This document shows, piece after piece, positions 51,901 through 64,000 of a DNA stretch of 64,000 nt (position 1 is its first letter; every line of letters starts with the position of its first letter). Both the position numbers and the translations under genes were made by a program. Source of the DNA: Mobula hypostoma (lineage: Eukaryota). The stretch spans positions 256,372,001 to 256,436,000 of the forward strand of contig NC_086097.1 of assembly GCF_963921235.1 (NCBI RefSeq), read 5' to 3'. A model generated the notes under the pieces. The model was not told the origin of the DNA and made no database searches. It worked only from the letters and a program-made list of their open reading frames with translations.

Positions 51901-54900
51901 CTCAGGGACTCAGGGACTCAGGATGAGGGACTCAGGGATGAGGGACGAGGATGCAGGGACTCAGGATGGACGAGGATGCAGGGATGAGGACTCAGGGACG
52001 AGGGACTCAGGGATGAGGATGGAGGATGAGGGACGAGGACGAGGACTCAGGGACTCAGGGACGAGGACTCAGGATGCAGGACTCAGGACTGAGGGACTCA
52101 GGGACTCAAGGGACGAGGACTCAGGATGGAGGATGAGGACTCAGGGACGAGGATGAGGGATGGAGGATGGAGGGACGAGGGACGAGGATGAGGACTCAGG
52201 AGGGACTCAGAGGGACTCAGGGACTCAGGATGAGGACTCAGGGACTGAGGATGGAGGGACGAGGGACTCAGGATGAGGATCAAGGGACTCAGGGACTCAG
52301 GACTCAGGATGAGGACTCAGGGACTCAGGATGAGGGACGAGGGACTCAGGATGAGGATGAGGATGGAGGGACGAGGACTCAGGATGAGGACTCAGGGACT
52401 CAGGGACTCAGGACTCAGGGACTCAGGATGAGGATGGAGGACTCAGGGACTGAGGATGCAGGGACTCAGGGACTCAGGGACTCAGAGGACTCAGGGACTC
52501 AGGATGGAGGACTCAGGACTCGAGGATGAGGGACGAGGATGAGGGATGAGGATGAGGGACGAGGGACTCAGGGACGAGGACGAGGGATGCAGGGACTCAG
52601 GGACTCAGGATGAGGACTCAGGGACTCAGGATGAGGATGCAGGACTCAGGACGAGGATGAGGATGAGGACTCAGGGACGAGGATGAGGATGGAGGGACGA
52701 GGACTCAGGATCAGGGACGAGGGATGAGGGACGAGGATGGAGGGATGAGGGACTCAGGGACTCAGGATGGAGGGACTCAGGATGCAGGGACGAGGATGAG
52801 GACGAGGGACGAGGATGAGGACTCAGGGACTGAGGATGCAGGACTCGGACTCAGGGACGAGGGACGAGGATGAGGATGGAGGGACGAGGGACTCAGGGAC
52901 TCAGGATGGAGGACTCAGGATGAGGATGAGGGATGAGGGACTCAGGACTCAGGATGAGGGACGAGGACTCAGGATCGAGGACGAGGATGGAGGGACGAGG
53001 ACTGAGGGACGAGGATGGAGGATGAGGATCGAGGACTGAGGGATGGAGGACTCAGGGACGAGGATGGAGGACTCAGGATGAGGACGAGGATGGAGGGACG
53101 AGGGACTCAGGATGGAGGATGAGGGACTCAGGGACGAGGATGGAGGGACGAGGATGGAGGATGAGGACTCAGGGACTCAGGATGAGGATGGAGGACTCAG
53201 GATGAGGGACGAGGGACGAGGACGAGGATGAGGACGAGGGATGAGGGACGAGGATGGAGGGACGAGGACGAGGGACTCAGGGACGAGGACTCAGGACGAG
53301 GATGGAGGGACTCAGGATGAGGGACGAGGATGAGGACTCAGGACGAGGACGAGGGACTCAGGGATGAGGATGAGGACTCAGGACGAGGGACGAGGACTCA
53401 GGGACTCAGGATGAGGATGCAGGGACTCAGGGACGAGGATGAGGAGGACTCAGGGGATGAGGACTCAGGATGAGGATGAGGAGGATGAGGAAGGACGAGG
53501 ACTCAGGACGAGGGACGAGGATGAGGACGAGGACTCAGGGACTCAGGGACGAGGATGAGGACGAGGACTGAGGACGAGGATGAGGATGAGGATGAGGATG
53601 GAGGACTCAGGATGGAGGATGAGGGACTCAGGGACTCAGGGACGAGGATGGAGGGACGAGGATGGAGGACTCAGGATGGAGGGACGAGGATGAGGACTCA
53701 GGGATGGAGGGACGAGGGACTCAGGACTCAGGGACGAGGGACTCAGGGACGAGGGACTCAGGGACTCAGGATGAGGATGGAGGATGAGGACTCAGGGACT
53801 CAGGACTCAGGGACGAGGATGGAGGGACGAGGACTCAAGGATGAGGACTCAGGGACTCAGGGACGAGGACTCAGGACTCAGGACTCAGGGACTCAGGATG
53901 AGGGACTGAGGGACTGAGGGACGAGGATGAGGATGAGGGACGAGGACTCAGGGACGAGGGACTCAGGGAGGACTCAGGATGAGGGACTCAGGACTCAGGA
54001 CTCAGGGACGAGGATGAGGATGAGGGATGGAGGACTCAGGATGGAGGACTCAGGGACTCAGGGACGAGGACTCAGGGATGAGGACGAGGATGGAGGGACT
54101 CAGGATGCAGGGACTGAGGACTGAGGACTCAAGGGATGAGGACTCAGGGACTCAGGATGAGGGACTCAGGATGGAGGGACGAGGACTCAGGGACTCAGGG
54201 ATGAGGACTCAGGATGAGGACTGAGGGACTCAGGGACTCAGGATGGAAGGGACGAGGACTCAGGATGAGGACTCAGGACTCAGGGACTCAGGGACTCAGG
54301 ATGGAGGGACTCAGGGACTGAGGGACGAGGACTGAGGATGCAGGGACTGAGGGACTCAGGACTCAGGATGGAGGGACTGAGGACTCAGGATGAGGACTCA
54401 GGACTCAGGGACGAGGATGAGGATGAGGGACGAGGGACTCAGGATGCAGGATGGAGGACTCAGGGACTCAGGGACTGAGGATGGAGGGACGAGGACTCAG
54501 GGACTCAGGGATGGAGGACTCAGGGACTCAGGGACTCAGGGACTCAGGAGGATGAGGACTCAGGATGAGGATGAGGACTCAGGGACTCAGGATGAGGATG
54601 GAGGACTCAGGATGGAGGACGAGGGACGAGGGACTCAGGACTCAGGGACGAGGGATGAGGACTCAGGGATGGACGAGGACGAGGATGAGGACTCAGGACT
54701 CAGGGACTCAGGACTCAGGACTCAGGGATGAGGACTCAGGATGAGGATGCAGGGACGAGGATGAGGATGGAGGGACGAGGATGAGGACTGAGGACTCAGG
54801 AGGACGAGGATGGAGGGACTCAGGGACTGGAGGACTCAGGGACTCAGGATGGAGGGACGAGGGACGAGGATGGAGGGACTCAGGGACTGAGGGACGAGGA

Positions 54901-57900
54901 TGGAGGACGAGGACTCAGGGACGAGGATGAGGACGAGGGACGAGGACTCAGGATGAGGGACGAGGACGAGGGACTCAGGGACGAGGATGAGGACGAGGAT
55001 GGAGGGATGAGGACTCAGGGATGAGGACGAGGATGAGGACGAGGGACTCAGGATGAGGACGAGGATGAGGATGGAGGACTCAGGATGGAGGGACGAGGAT
55101 GGAGGATCAGGACTCAGGATGGAGGGACGAGGATGAGGACTCAGGATGAGGACGAGGACTCAGGGACGAGGATGGAGGACTCAGGACGAGGACGAGGACT
55201 CAGGATGAGGACGAGGACGAGGATGGAGGATGAGGATGGAGGGACGAGGATGAGGACGAGGACTCAGGATGAGGGACGAGGATGAGGACGAGGATGAGGA
55301 CTCAGGACTCAGGACGAGGACGAGGATGAGGGACGAGGATGGAGGACGAGGATGAGGAGGACTCAGGATGCAGGATGGAGGACGAGGACGAGGACGAGGA
55401 CTCAGGATGAGGATGAGGATGGAGGACTCGAGGACGAGGATCAGGATGAGGACAGGGACGAGGATGAGGACTCAGGATGAGGACGAGGATGGAGGGACTC
55501 AGGATGAGGACTCAGGATGAGGACTCAGGATGAGGACGAGGACGAGGACTCAGGATGAGGACGAGGATGAGGATGAGGACTCAGGACTCAGGATGAGGAC
55601 TCAGGATGAGGACGAGGATGAGGATGAGGACTCAGGATGAGGATGCAGGGACTCAGGATGAGGACTCAGGACTCAGGATGAGGATGAGGATGGAGGATGA
55701 GGACTCAGGGATGAGGATGAGGATGGAGGATGAGGACTCAGGATGAGGATGAGGACGAGGATGAGGATGAGGGACGAGGACTGAGGATGAGGACGAGGAC
55801 TCAGGATGCAGGGACTCAGGATGGAGGACTCAGGGACGAGGACTGAGGGACGAGGACTCAGGATGAGGACTCAGGACTCAGGGACTCAGGATGAGGACTG
55901 AGGACTCAGGGACTCAGGGACTCAGGATGGAGGGACTGAGGACGAGGACTCAGGATGAGGACTCAGGGACTCAGGACTCAGGGACGAGGATGAGGGACTC
56001 AGGACTCAGGGACTCAGGACTGAGGATAGGACTGAGGGACTGAGGACTCAGGACTCAGGATGGAGGACTCAGGGACTCAGGGACTCAGGACTCAGGGACT
56101 GAGGATGAGGATGGAGGACTGAGGACTCAGGGACTCAGGACGAGGACTCAGGATGGAGGATGAGGACTCAGGATGAGGACTCAGGGACGAGGACTCAGGG
56201 ACTAGGACGAGGGACGAGGATGCAGGGACTGGAGGACGAGGGACTGAGGATGAGGATGAGGATGAGGGACTCAGGATGAGGACTCAGGGACGAGGATGAG
56301 GATGAGGATGGACTCAGGACGAGGATGAGGACTCAGGGATGAGGGACTCAGGGACGAGGGATGAGGATGAGGGACTCAGGATGAGGACGAGGATGAGGAT
56401 GCAGGGACGAGGGACGAGGACGAGGATGCAGGATGAGGATGAGGATGGAGGGACGAGGATGAGGGACTCAGGATGAGGATGGAGGGACGAGGATGAGGAC
56501 GAGGACTCAGGATGAGGATGAGGACGAGGATGAGGATGAGGGACGAGGATGGAGGACTCAGGATGAGGATGGAGGATGAGGATGAGGACTCAGGATGAGG
56601 ACTCAGGATGAGGATGAGGACGAGGATGGAGGATGAGGACGAGGATGGAGGACTCAGGACTCAGGGACTCAGGACTCAGGACTCAGGATGAGGGACGAGG
56701 ATGAGGACTCAGGGACTCAGGGACGAGGATGAGGACGAGGATGAGGGACGAGGGACGAGGACTCAGGATGAGGACTGAGGACTCAGGGACGAGGATGAGG
56801 ATGGAGGATGGAGGGACGAGGATGAGGACTCAGGATGAGGATGAGGATGAGGACTCAGGGACTCAGGGACGAGGGACTCAGGGACGAGGATGAGGGACGA
56901 GGACTCAGGATGAGGATGCAGGGACTGAGGATGAGGGACGAGGACTCAGGGACGAGGACTCAGGATGGAGGACTCAGGACTCAGGGACGAGGATGACGAG
57001 GATGGAGGACTCAGGGACGAGGATGAGGGACTCAGGATGGAGGACGAGGATGGAGGACGAGGACTCAGGGACTCAGGACGAGGATGGAGGACTCAGGATG
57101 AGGACTCAGGATGAGGACTCAGGATGAGGATGCAGGGACTCAGGGACTCAGGATGAGGACTGAGGACTCAGGGACGAGGATGGAGGACTGAGGACTGAGG
57201 ACTCAGGATGGAGGGACTCAGGACTCAGGACTCAGGACTGAGGATGAGGGACTCAGGATGAGGGACTCAGGATGCAGGATGGAGGACTCAGGGACTCAGG
57301 ACTCAGGGACTCAGGATGAGGACGAGGATGGAGGGACTCAGAGGACTCAGGGACTCAGGACTGAGGACTCAGGGACTCAGGATGCAGGGACGAGGATGAG
57401 GACTCAGGATGAGGACTCAGGGACTCAGGATGGAGGGACTCAGGGACGAGGACTGAGGACTCAGGGACGAGGATGAGGATGAGGGACGAGGGACTCAGGG
57501 ACTCAGGGACTCAGGATGACGAGGATGAGGACTCAGGATGAGGACGAGGGACTCAGGGACTGAGGATGAGGGACTCAGGATGAGGGACGAGGATGGAGGA
57601 TGGAGGACGAGGACGAGGATGAGGACGAGGACTCAGGATGGAGGACTCAGGATGAGGATGAGGATGCAGGGACTGAGGGACTCGAGGACTCAGGAGGACG
57701 AGGACTGAGGACGAGGGACGAGGATCTCAGGGACGAGGGACTCAGGGACGAGGATGAGGGACTCAGGGACGAGGAGAGGATGGAGGGACTCAGGATGAGG
57801 ACTCAGGATGAGGGACGAGGGACTCAGGAGGAAGGGACTGGAGGGACTGAGGGACTCAGGGACTCAGGGACGAGGATGGAGGGACTCAGGACTCAGGATG

Positions 57901-60900
57901 GAGGATGAGGACTCAGGATGGAGGGACTCAGGGACGAGGATGCAGGATGAGGATGGAGGGACTCAGGATGAGGACGAGGACTGAGGGACGAGGATGAGGA
58001 TGAGGATGAGGGACTCAGGGACGAGGATGGAGGACTCAGGGATGAGGATGGAGGGACGAGGATGAGGGATGAGGGATGAGGACTCAGGATGAGGATGAGG
58101 ACTCAGGATGAGGACTCAGGGACTCAGGACTCAAGGGACGAGGATGAGGACTCAGGACTCAGGGACTCAGGACTGAGGATGGAGGGACTCAGGATGAGGA
58201 TGAGGATGGAGGGACTCAGGATGAGGACTCAGGACGAGGGACGAGGACTGAGGACGAGGACTCAGGATGGAGGGACTCAGGGACTCAGGATGAGGACTCA
58301 GGGACTCAGGATGAGGATGAGGACTCAGGGACTCAGAGGACTGAGGATGAGGATGAGGATGCAGGATGAGGACTCAGGGACTCAGGGACTCAGGGACTGA
58401 GGATGGAGGGACGAGGATGAGGACTCAGGATGAGGATGAGGACTCAGGATGCAGGGACGAGGATGACGAGGACTCAGGATGAGGACTCAGGGACTCAGGG
58501 ACTCAGGATGAGGACTCAGGACTGAGGACTCAGGACTCAGGACTCAGGATGAGGACTCAGGACTCAGGATGAGGATGAGGGACGAGGATGGGACTCAGGG
58601 ACGAGGACTGAGGATGAGGGACTCAGGGACTCAGGATGGAGGACGAGGATGAGGACTCAGGATGAGGACTGGAGGGACGAGGACTCAGGGACTGAGGACT
58701 CAGGATGAGGACGAGGATGGAGGACTCAGGGACGAGGACTCAGGGACTCAGGATGAGGGACGAGGGACGAGGACTCAGGATGAGGATGGATGAGGACGAG
58801 GATGAGGACTCAGGATGAGGACGAGGACTCAGGGACTCAGGGACTCAGGGACTCAGGGACGAGGATGAGGGACGAGGGACGAGGATGAGGACTCAGAGGG
58901 ACTGAGGGACGAGGGACGAGGATGAGGATGGAGGGACGAGGATGAGGACTCAGGGACGAGGATGAGGGACGAGGATGGAGGGACTGAGGATGAGGATGAG
59001 GACTCAGGGACTCAGGATGGAGGATGAGGACTCAGGATGAGGACTCAGGGACTCAGGGACTCAGGGACGAGGATGGAGGGACGATGAGGGACGAGGATGG
59101 AGGGACGAGGGACTCAGGAGGACTCGAGGATGAGGATGAGGGACGAGGATGGATGGAGGACTCAGGATCAGGGACTCAGGACTCAGGATGAGGATGAGGG
59201 ACGAGGATGAGGATCAGGATGAGGATGGAGGACGAGGATGAGGACGAGGATGGAGGATGGAGGGACGAGGATGAGGATGAGGACGAGGGACGAGGATGGA
59301 GGATGCAGGGACTCAGGGACGAGGATGGACGAGGACGAGGACTCAGGATGGAGGATGGAGGACGAGGACGAGGACTCAGGATGAGGATCAGGACGAGGAT
59401 GGAGGACTCAGGATGAGGGACTCAGGGACGAGGATGCAGAGGACTCGAGGATGAGGACTCAGGGACGAGGACGAGGACTCAGGATGAGGACGAGGACTCA
59501 GGATGAGGATGGAGGACGAGGATGAGGACTCAGGACTCAGAGGATGCAGGACGAGGATGAGGACGAGGATGGAGGACTCAGGATGAGGACTCAGGGACTC
59601 AGGATGAGGACGAGGACTCAGGGACGAGGATGGAGGACGAGGACTCAGGACGAGGACTCAGGACGAGGATGAGGACTCAGGATGAGGATCAGGACTCAGG
59701 ACTCAGGGACGAGGACTCAGGGACGAGGATGGAGGATGAGGATGAGGACTGAGGATGGAGGACGAGGATGAGGACTCAGGGACGAGGGACTCAGGATGGA
59801 GGGACTCAGGACTCAGGATGGAGGGACTCAGGATGGAGGGACTCAGGGACTCAGGATGCAGGACGAGGACTCAGGGACTCAGGATGAGGACTGAGGGACT
59901 CAGGATGGAGGACTCAGGATCAGGGACTCAGGGACTCAGGATGAGGACTCAGGATGAGGATGAGGACTCAGGGATGAGGGACTCAGGGACGAGGGACTCA
60001 GGATGAGGACGAGGACTCAGGATGAGGACTCAGGGACGAGGATGAGGACGAGGACTCAGGATGAGGACGAGGATGAGGGACTCAGGGACTCAGGATGGAG
60101 GGACGAGGACTCAGGATGAGGATGGAGGACTCAGGGACGAGGATGGAGGACGAGGATGAGGACTCAGGGACGAGGGACTCGAGGATGGAGGATGGAGGAC
60201 TCAGGGACTCAGGATGAGGATGGAGGGACGAGGATGGAGGGACTCAGGATGCAGGGACTGAGGGACGAGGGACGAGGGACGAGGACTCAGGGATGCAGGA
60301 CTCAGGATGGAGGGACTCAGGGACTGAGGACGAGGACTCAGGGACTCAGGGACTCAGGGACGAGGACTCAGGATGAGGACTCAGGGACTGAGGGACGAGG
60401 GACTCAGGGACGAGGATGAGGACTCAGGACGAGGACTCAGGGACGAGGATGAGGATCAGGATGGAGGATGGAGGGACTCAGGATGGAGGATGAGGATGGA
60501 GGGACGAGGACTGAGGATGAGGATGAGGATGAGGGACGAGGACGAGGGATCAGGGACGAGGATGAGGATGAGGACGAGGATGAGGACGAGGATGAGGATG
60601 AGGGACGAGGATCAGGACGAGGATGAGGATGAGGATGAGGACTCAGGATGAGGATGGAGGACGAGGATGAGGATGGAGGATGGAGGACGAGGATGAGGAT
60701 GAGGATGAGGATGAGGACTCAGGAGGAGGACGAGGATGAGGATGGAGGGACGAGGATGAGGATGAGGACGAGGGACGAGGATGGAGGACTGAGGGACGAG
60801 GATGAGGACTCAGGGACGAGGATGGAGGGACGAGGATGAGGACTCAGGGACGAGGACGAGGACGAGGGACGAGGATGAGGATGAGGGACGAGGATGAGGA

Positions 60901-63900
60901 TGGAGGACTCAGGATGAGGATGAGGACGAGGATGGAGGGACGAGGACTCAGGATGAGGACGAGGACTCAGGACGAGGATGGAGGACTGAGGATGAGGACT
61001 CAGGATGAGGACGAGGACTCAGGATGAGGATGAGGATCAGGGACGAGGACGAGGATGAGGACGAGGATGAGGACTCGAGGATGAGGACTCAGGATGAGGA
61101 TGGAGGACTCAGGGACTCAGGACGAGGACGAGGATGGAGGACTCGAGGATCAGGATGAGGACGAGGATGAGGACTCAGGACTGGAGGACTCAGGACTCAG
61201 GATGGAGGACTCAGGACGAGGATCAGGACGAGGACTCAGGGACGAGGATGAGGATGAGGATCAGGACTCAGGACTCGAGGGACTCAGGATGGAGGATGAG
61301 GGACTCAGGACTGAGGGACGAGGATGAGGACTCAGGGACGAGGGACTCAGGATGGAGGACTCAGGACTCAGGACGAGGACTCAGGGAGGATGGAGGACGA
61401 GGATGAGGACTCAGGGACGAGGATGGAGGACTCAGGACTCAGGGACGAGGATGAGGGACGAGGACTCAGGATCGAGGACGAGGACTCAGGGACGAGGATG
61501 GAGGACTCAGGATGCAGGATGAGGACGAGGACGAGGGACTCAGGGACGAGGATGAGGATGGAGGGACTCAGGATGGACGAGGATCAGGATGGAGGACGAG
61601 GACTGAGGATGAGGACGAGGATGGAGGATGAGGATGAGGATCAGGATGAGGATGGAGGACGAGGATGAGGACGAGGACTCAGGATGAGGATGAGGACTGG
61701 AGGGACGAGGATGAGGATGGAGGACGAGGATGGAGGGACTCAGGACTCAGGATGAGGATGGAGGACGAGGATGGAGGATGAGGACGAGGACTCAGGGACT
61801 CAGGATGAGGACTCAGGACTCAGGGATGAGGACGAGGATGAGGACGAGGATGAGGATCAGGGACGAGGATGGAGGACTCAGGATGAGGACGAGGATGGAG
61901 GACTCAGGATGGAGGATGAGGACGAGGATGGAGGATGAGGACGAGGATGAGGACGAGGACGAGGATGGAGGATGGAGGACTCAGGGACGAGGATGAGGAT
62001 GGAGGACGAGGATGAGGATCAGGACGAGGATGGAGGGACGAGGACGAGGACGAGGATGAGGACTCAGGATGAGGATGAGGACTCAGGATCGAGGGACGAG
62101 GATGGAGGACGAGGACGAGGATGAGGACTCAGGACGAGGATGAGGATGAGGACTCAGGATGAGGATGAGGATGAGGACGAGGATGCAGGGACTGAGGATG
62201 AGGATGAGGATGGAGGGACGAGGATGGAGGGACTCAAGGACTCAGGATGGAGGACGAGGATGGAGGATGAGGGACTCGAGGACTCAGGGACTCAGGGATG
62301 GAGGGACGAGGACGAGGACTCAGGGACTCAGGGATGAGGATGAGGACGAGGGACTCAGGGACTGAGGGACTCAGGGACGAGGGACTCAGGATGGAGGGAC
62401 TCAGGGACTCAGGACTCAGAGGGACGAGGACTCAGGGACGAGGATGCAGGGATGAGGGACTCAGGATGAGGGACGAGGACTCAGGACTCAGGGACGAGGA
62501 TGAGGACTCAAGGACGAGGATGCAGGGACTCAGGATGAGGGACTCAGGGACTCAGGGACTCAGGATGGAGGATGGAGGGACGAGGATGCAGGGACTCAGG
62601 GACTCAGGGACTCAGGGACTCAGGATGAGGACGAGGATGAGGGACTCAGGATGAGGGACGAGGACGAGGATGAGGACTCAGGGACTCAGGGACTCAGGAC
62701 TCAGGGACGAGGATGGAGGGACGAGGATGAGGGACTCAGGGATGAGGGACTCAGGATGAGGACTCAGGATGGAGGATGAGGACGAGGGACGAGGGACTCA
62801 GGGACGAGGATGGAGGACGAGGACGAGGGACGAGGATGGAGGATGAGGACGAAGGGACGAGGACGAGGATGGAGGACGAGGACGAGGGACTCAGGATGAG
62901 GGACGAGGATGGAGGGACTCAGGGACGAGGACGAGGACGAGGACGAGGACTCAGGGACTCAGGATGGAGGGACGAGGATGAGGACTCAGGGACGAGGATG
63001 AGGACGAGGGATGAGGGACGAGGATGAGGACGAGGATGAGGATCAGGGATGAGGATGAGGACTCAGGATGAGGACTCAGGATGAGGATGAGGACGAGGGA
63101 CTAGGATGAGGGACGAGGATGAGGATGAGGATGGACTCAGGACGGACAGGATGGAGGGACGAGGATGAGGGACGAGGATGAGGATGAGGATGAGGACGAG
63201 GATCAGGATGAGGATGGACGAGGATGAGGATGAGGATGGAGGATGAGGACGAGGATGAGGATGGACGAGGATGGAGGATGAGGACGAGGATGAGGATGAG
63301 GATGAGGACTCAGGGACGAGGGACTGAGGATGGAGGGACGAGGGACGAGGACTCAGGGACTGAGGGACGAGGATGGAGGACTGAGGACGAGGACGAGGGA
63401 CGAGGATGGAGGGATGGAGGGACGAGGATGGAGGGACGAGGATGAGGACTCAGGATGAGGACTCAGGACTCAGGATGACGAGGGACGAGGATCAGGACGA
63501 GGATGGAGGGACTCAGGATGAGGACGAGGATGCAGGATGAGGACTCAGGGATCAGGATGGAGGACGAGGATCAGGACTCAGGATGAGGGACTGAGGACTC
63601 AGGACTCAGGACTCAGGATGCAGGACTCAGGATGAGGATGCAGGGACTAGGACTCGAGGATGAGGATGACTCAGGGACTGAGGATGAGGACGAGGACTCA
63701 GGACTCAGGGACTCAGGATGGAGGACTCAGGATCAGGGACGAGGATGAGGACTGAGGGACTCAGGATGAGGACGAGGACTCAGGGACTGAGGACGAGGAT
63801 GAGGACTCAGGATGGAGGACTCAGGATGGAGGACTCAGGGACTCAGGACTGAGGATGAGGATGAGGATGAGGACTCAGGACGAGGACTCAGGATGAGGAC

Positions 63901-64000
63901 TCAGGGACTCAGGATGGAGGACTCAGGGACGAGGATGAGGGACTCAGGGACTCAGGATGAGGGACGAGGATGAGGACTGAGGACTCAGGATGAGGACTCA
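25655..64000 (+). repeat. Aperiodic low-complexity GGA-word array distal to the telomere tract (possible basecalling artefact of telomere repeats), open at the right window edge
   Basis: Concatenated GG(G)ACTCA, GG(G)ACGA, GG(G)ATGA, GGATGGA, GGATGCA, GG(G)ACTGA and rarer GGATCA words. TT and CC dinucleotides are nearly absent after about 28 kb, and no higher-order period is visible by eye. The confidence refers to this description, not to the array being biologically real. Confidence 0.9.

Noticed and set aside
26031..63445. Acidic or Arg/Gly-rich ORFs (DEDSGTQGLR-like) and Ser/Pro-rich minus-strand ORFs
   Set aside because: They are products of the low-complexity word array. Word lengths of 6, 7 and 8 nt do not preserve frame, so there is no coding signature.
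25655..64000. Telomeric retrotransposon array (HeT-A/TART, TRAS/SART type) or an AP-1 site array
   Set aside because: There is no gag or RT ORF, poly-A tail or complex sequence. The common word is GGACTCA, not the AP-1 site TGACTCA.
1..64000. Species assignment
   Set aside because: TTAGGG is shared by vertebrates, many invertebrates, fungi and protists, and I do not recognise the satellite, so the sequence does not support naming an organism.

Overview
This window holds no credible protein-coding gene, RNA gene, transposon or CRISPR array. It looks like the right-hand end of a chromosome from a TTAGGG-type eukaryote, G-rich on the + strand throughout, in three blocks. (1) 1-22266 is a subtelomeric satellite of a 14-bp monomer (consensus GGAGTTTCAGGGCA) with nested higher-order repeats of 42, 403, 628, about 2721 and 7940+ bp. 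(2) 22267-25654 is a 3.4-kb (TTAGGG)n tract joined seamlessly to the satellite, with TTCGGG/TCAGGG variants proximally, TGAGGG patches centrally and nearly pure TTAGGG distally. (3) 25655-64000 is at least 38 kb of apparently aperiodic sequence built from a few 6-8-nt words that all keep the telomeric AGG(G) core (ACTCAGG(G), ACGAGG(G), ATGAGG(G), ATGGAGG(G), ATGCAGG(G), ACTGAGG(G)). Block 3 is the most unusual element. My leading interpretation is mis-basecalled long-read telomere; the alternative is a real, undescribed degenerate terminal array, and the sequence alone cannot decide. The listed ORFs are by-products of stop-poor repeats. Only the ATG-initiated satellite-to-telomere VR/GL ORF at 22116-23588 deserves a second look. 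All counts and spacings were read by eye or taken from the ORF track.
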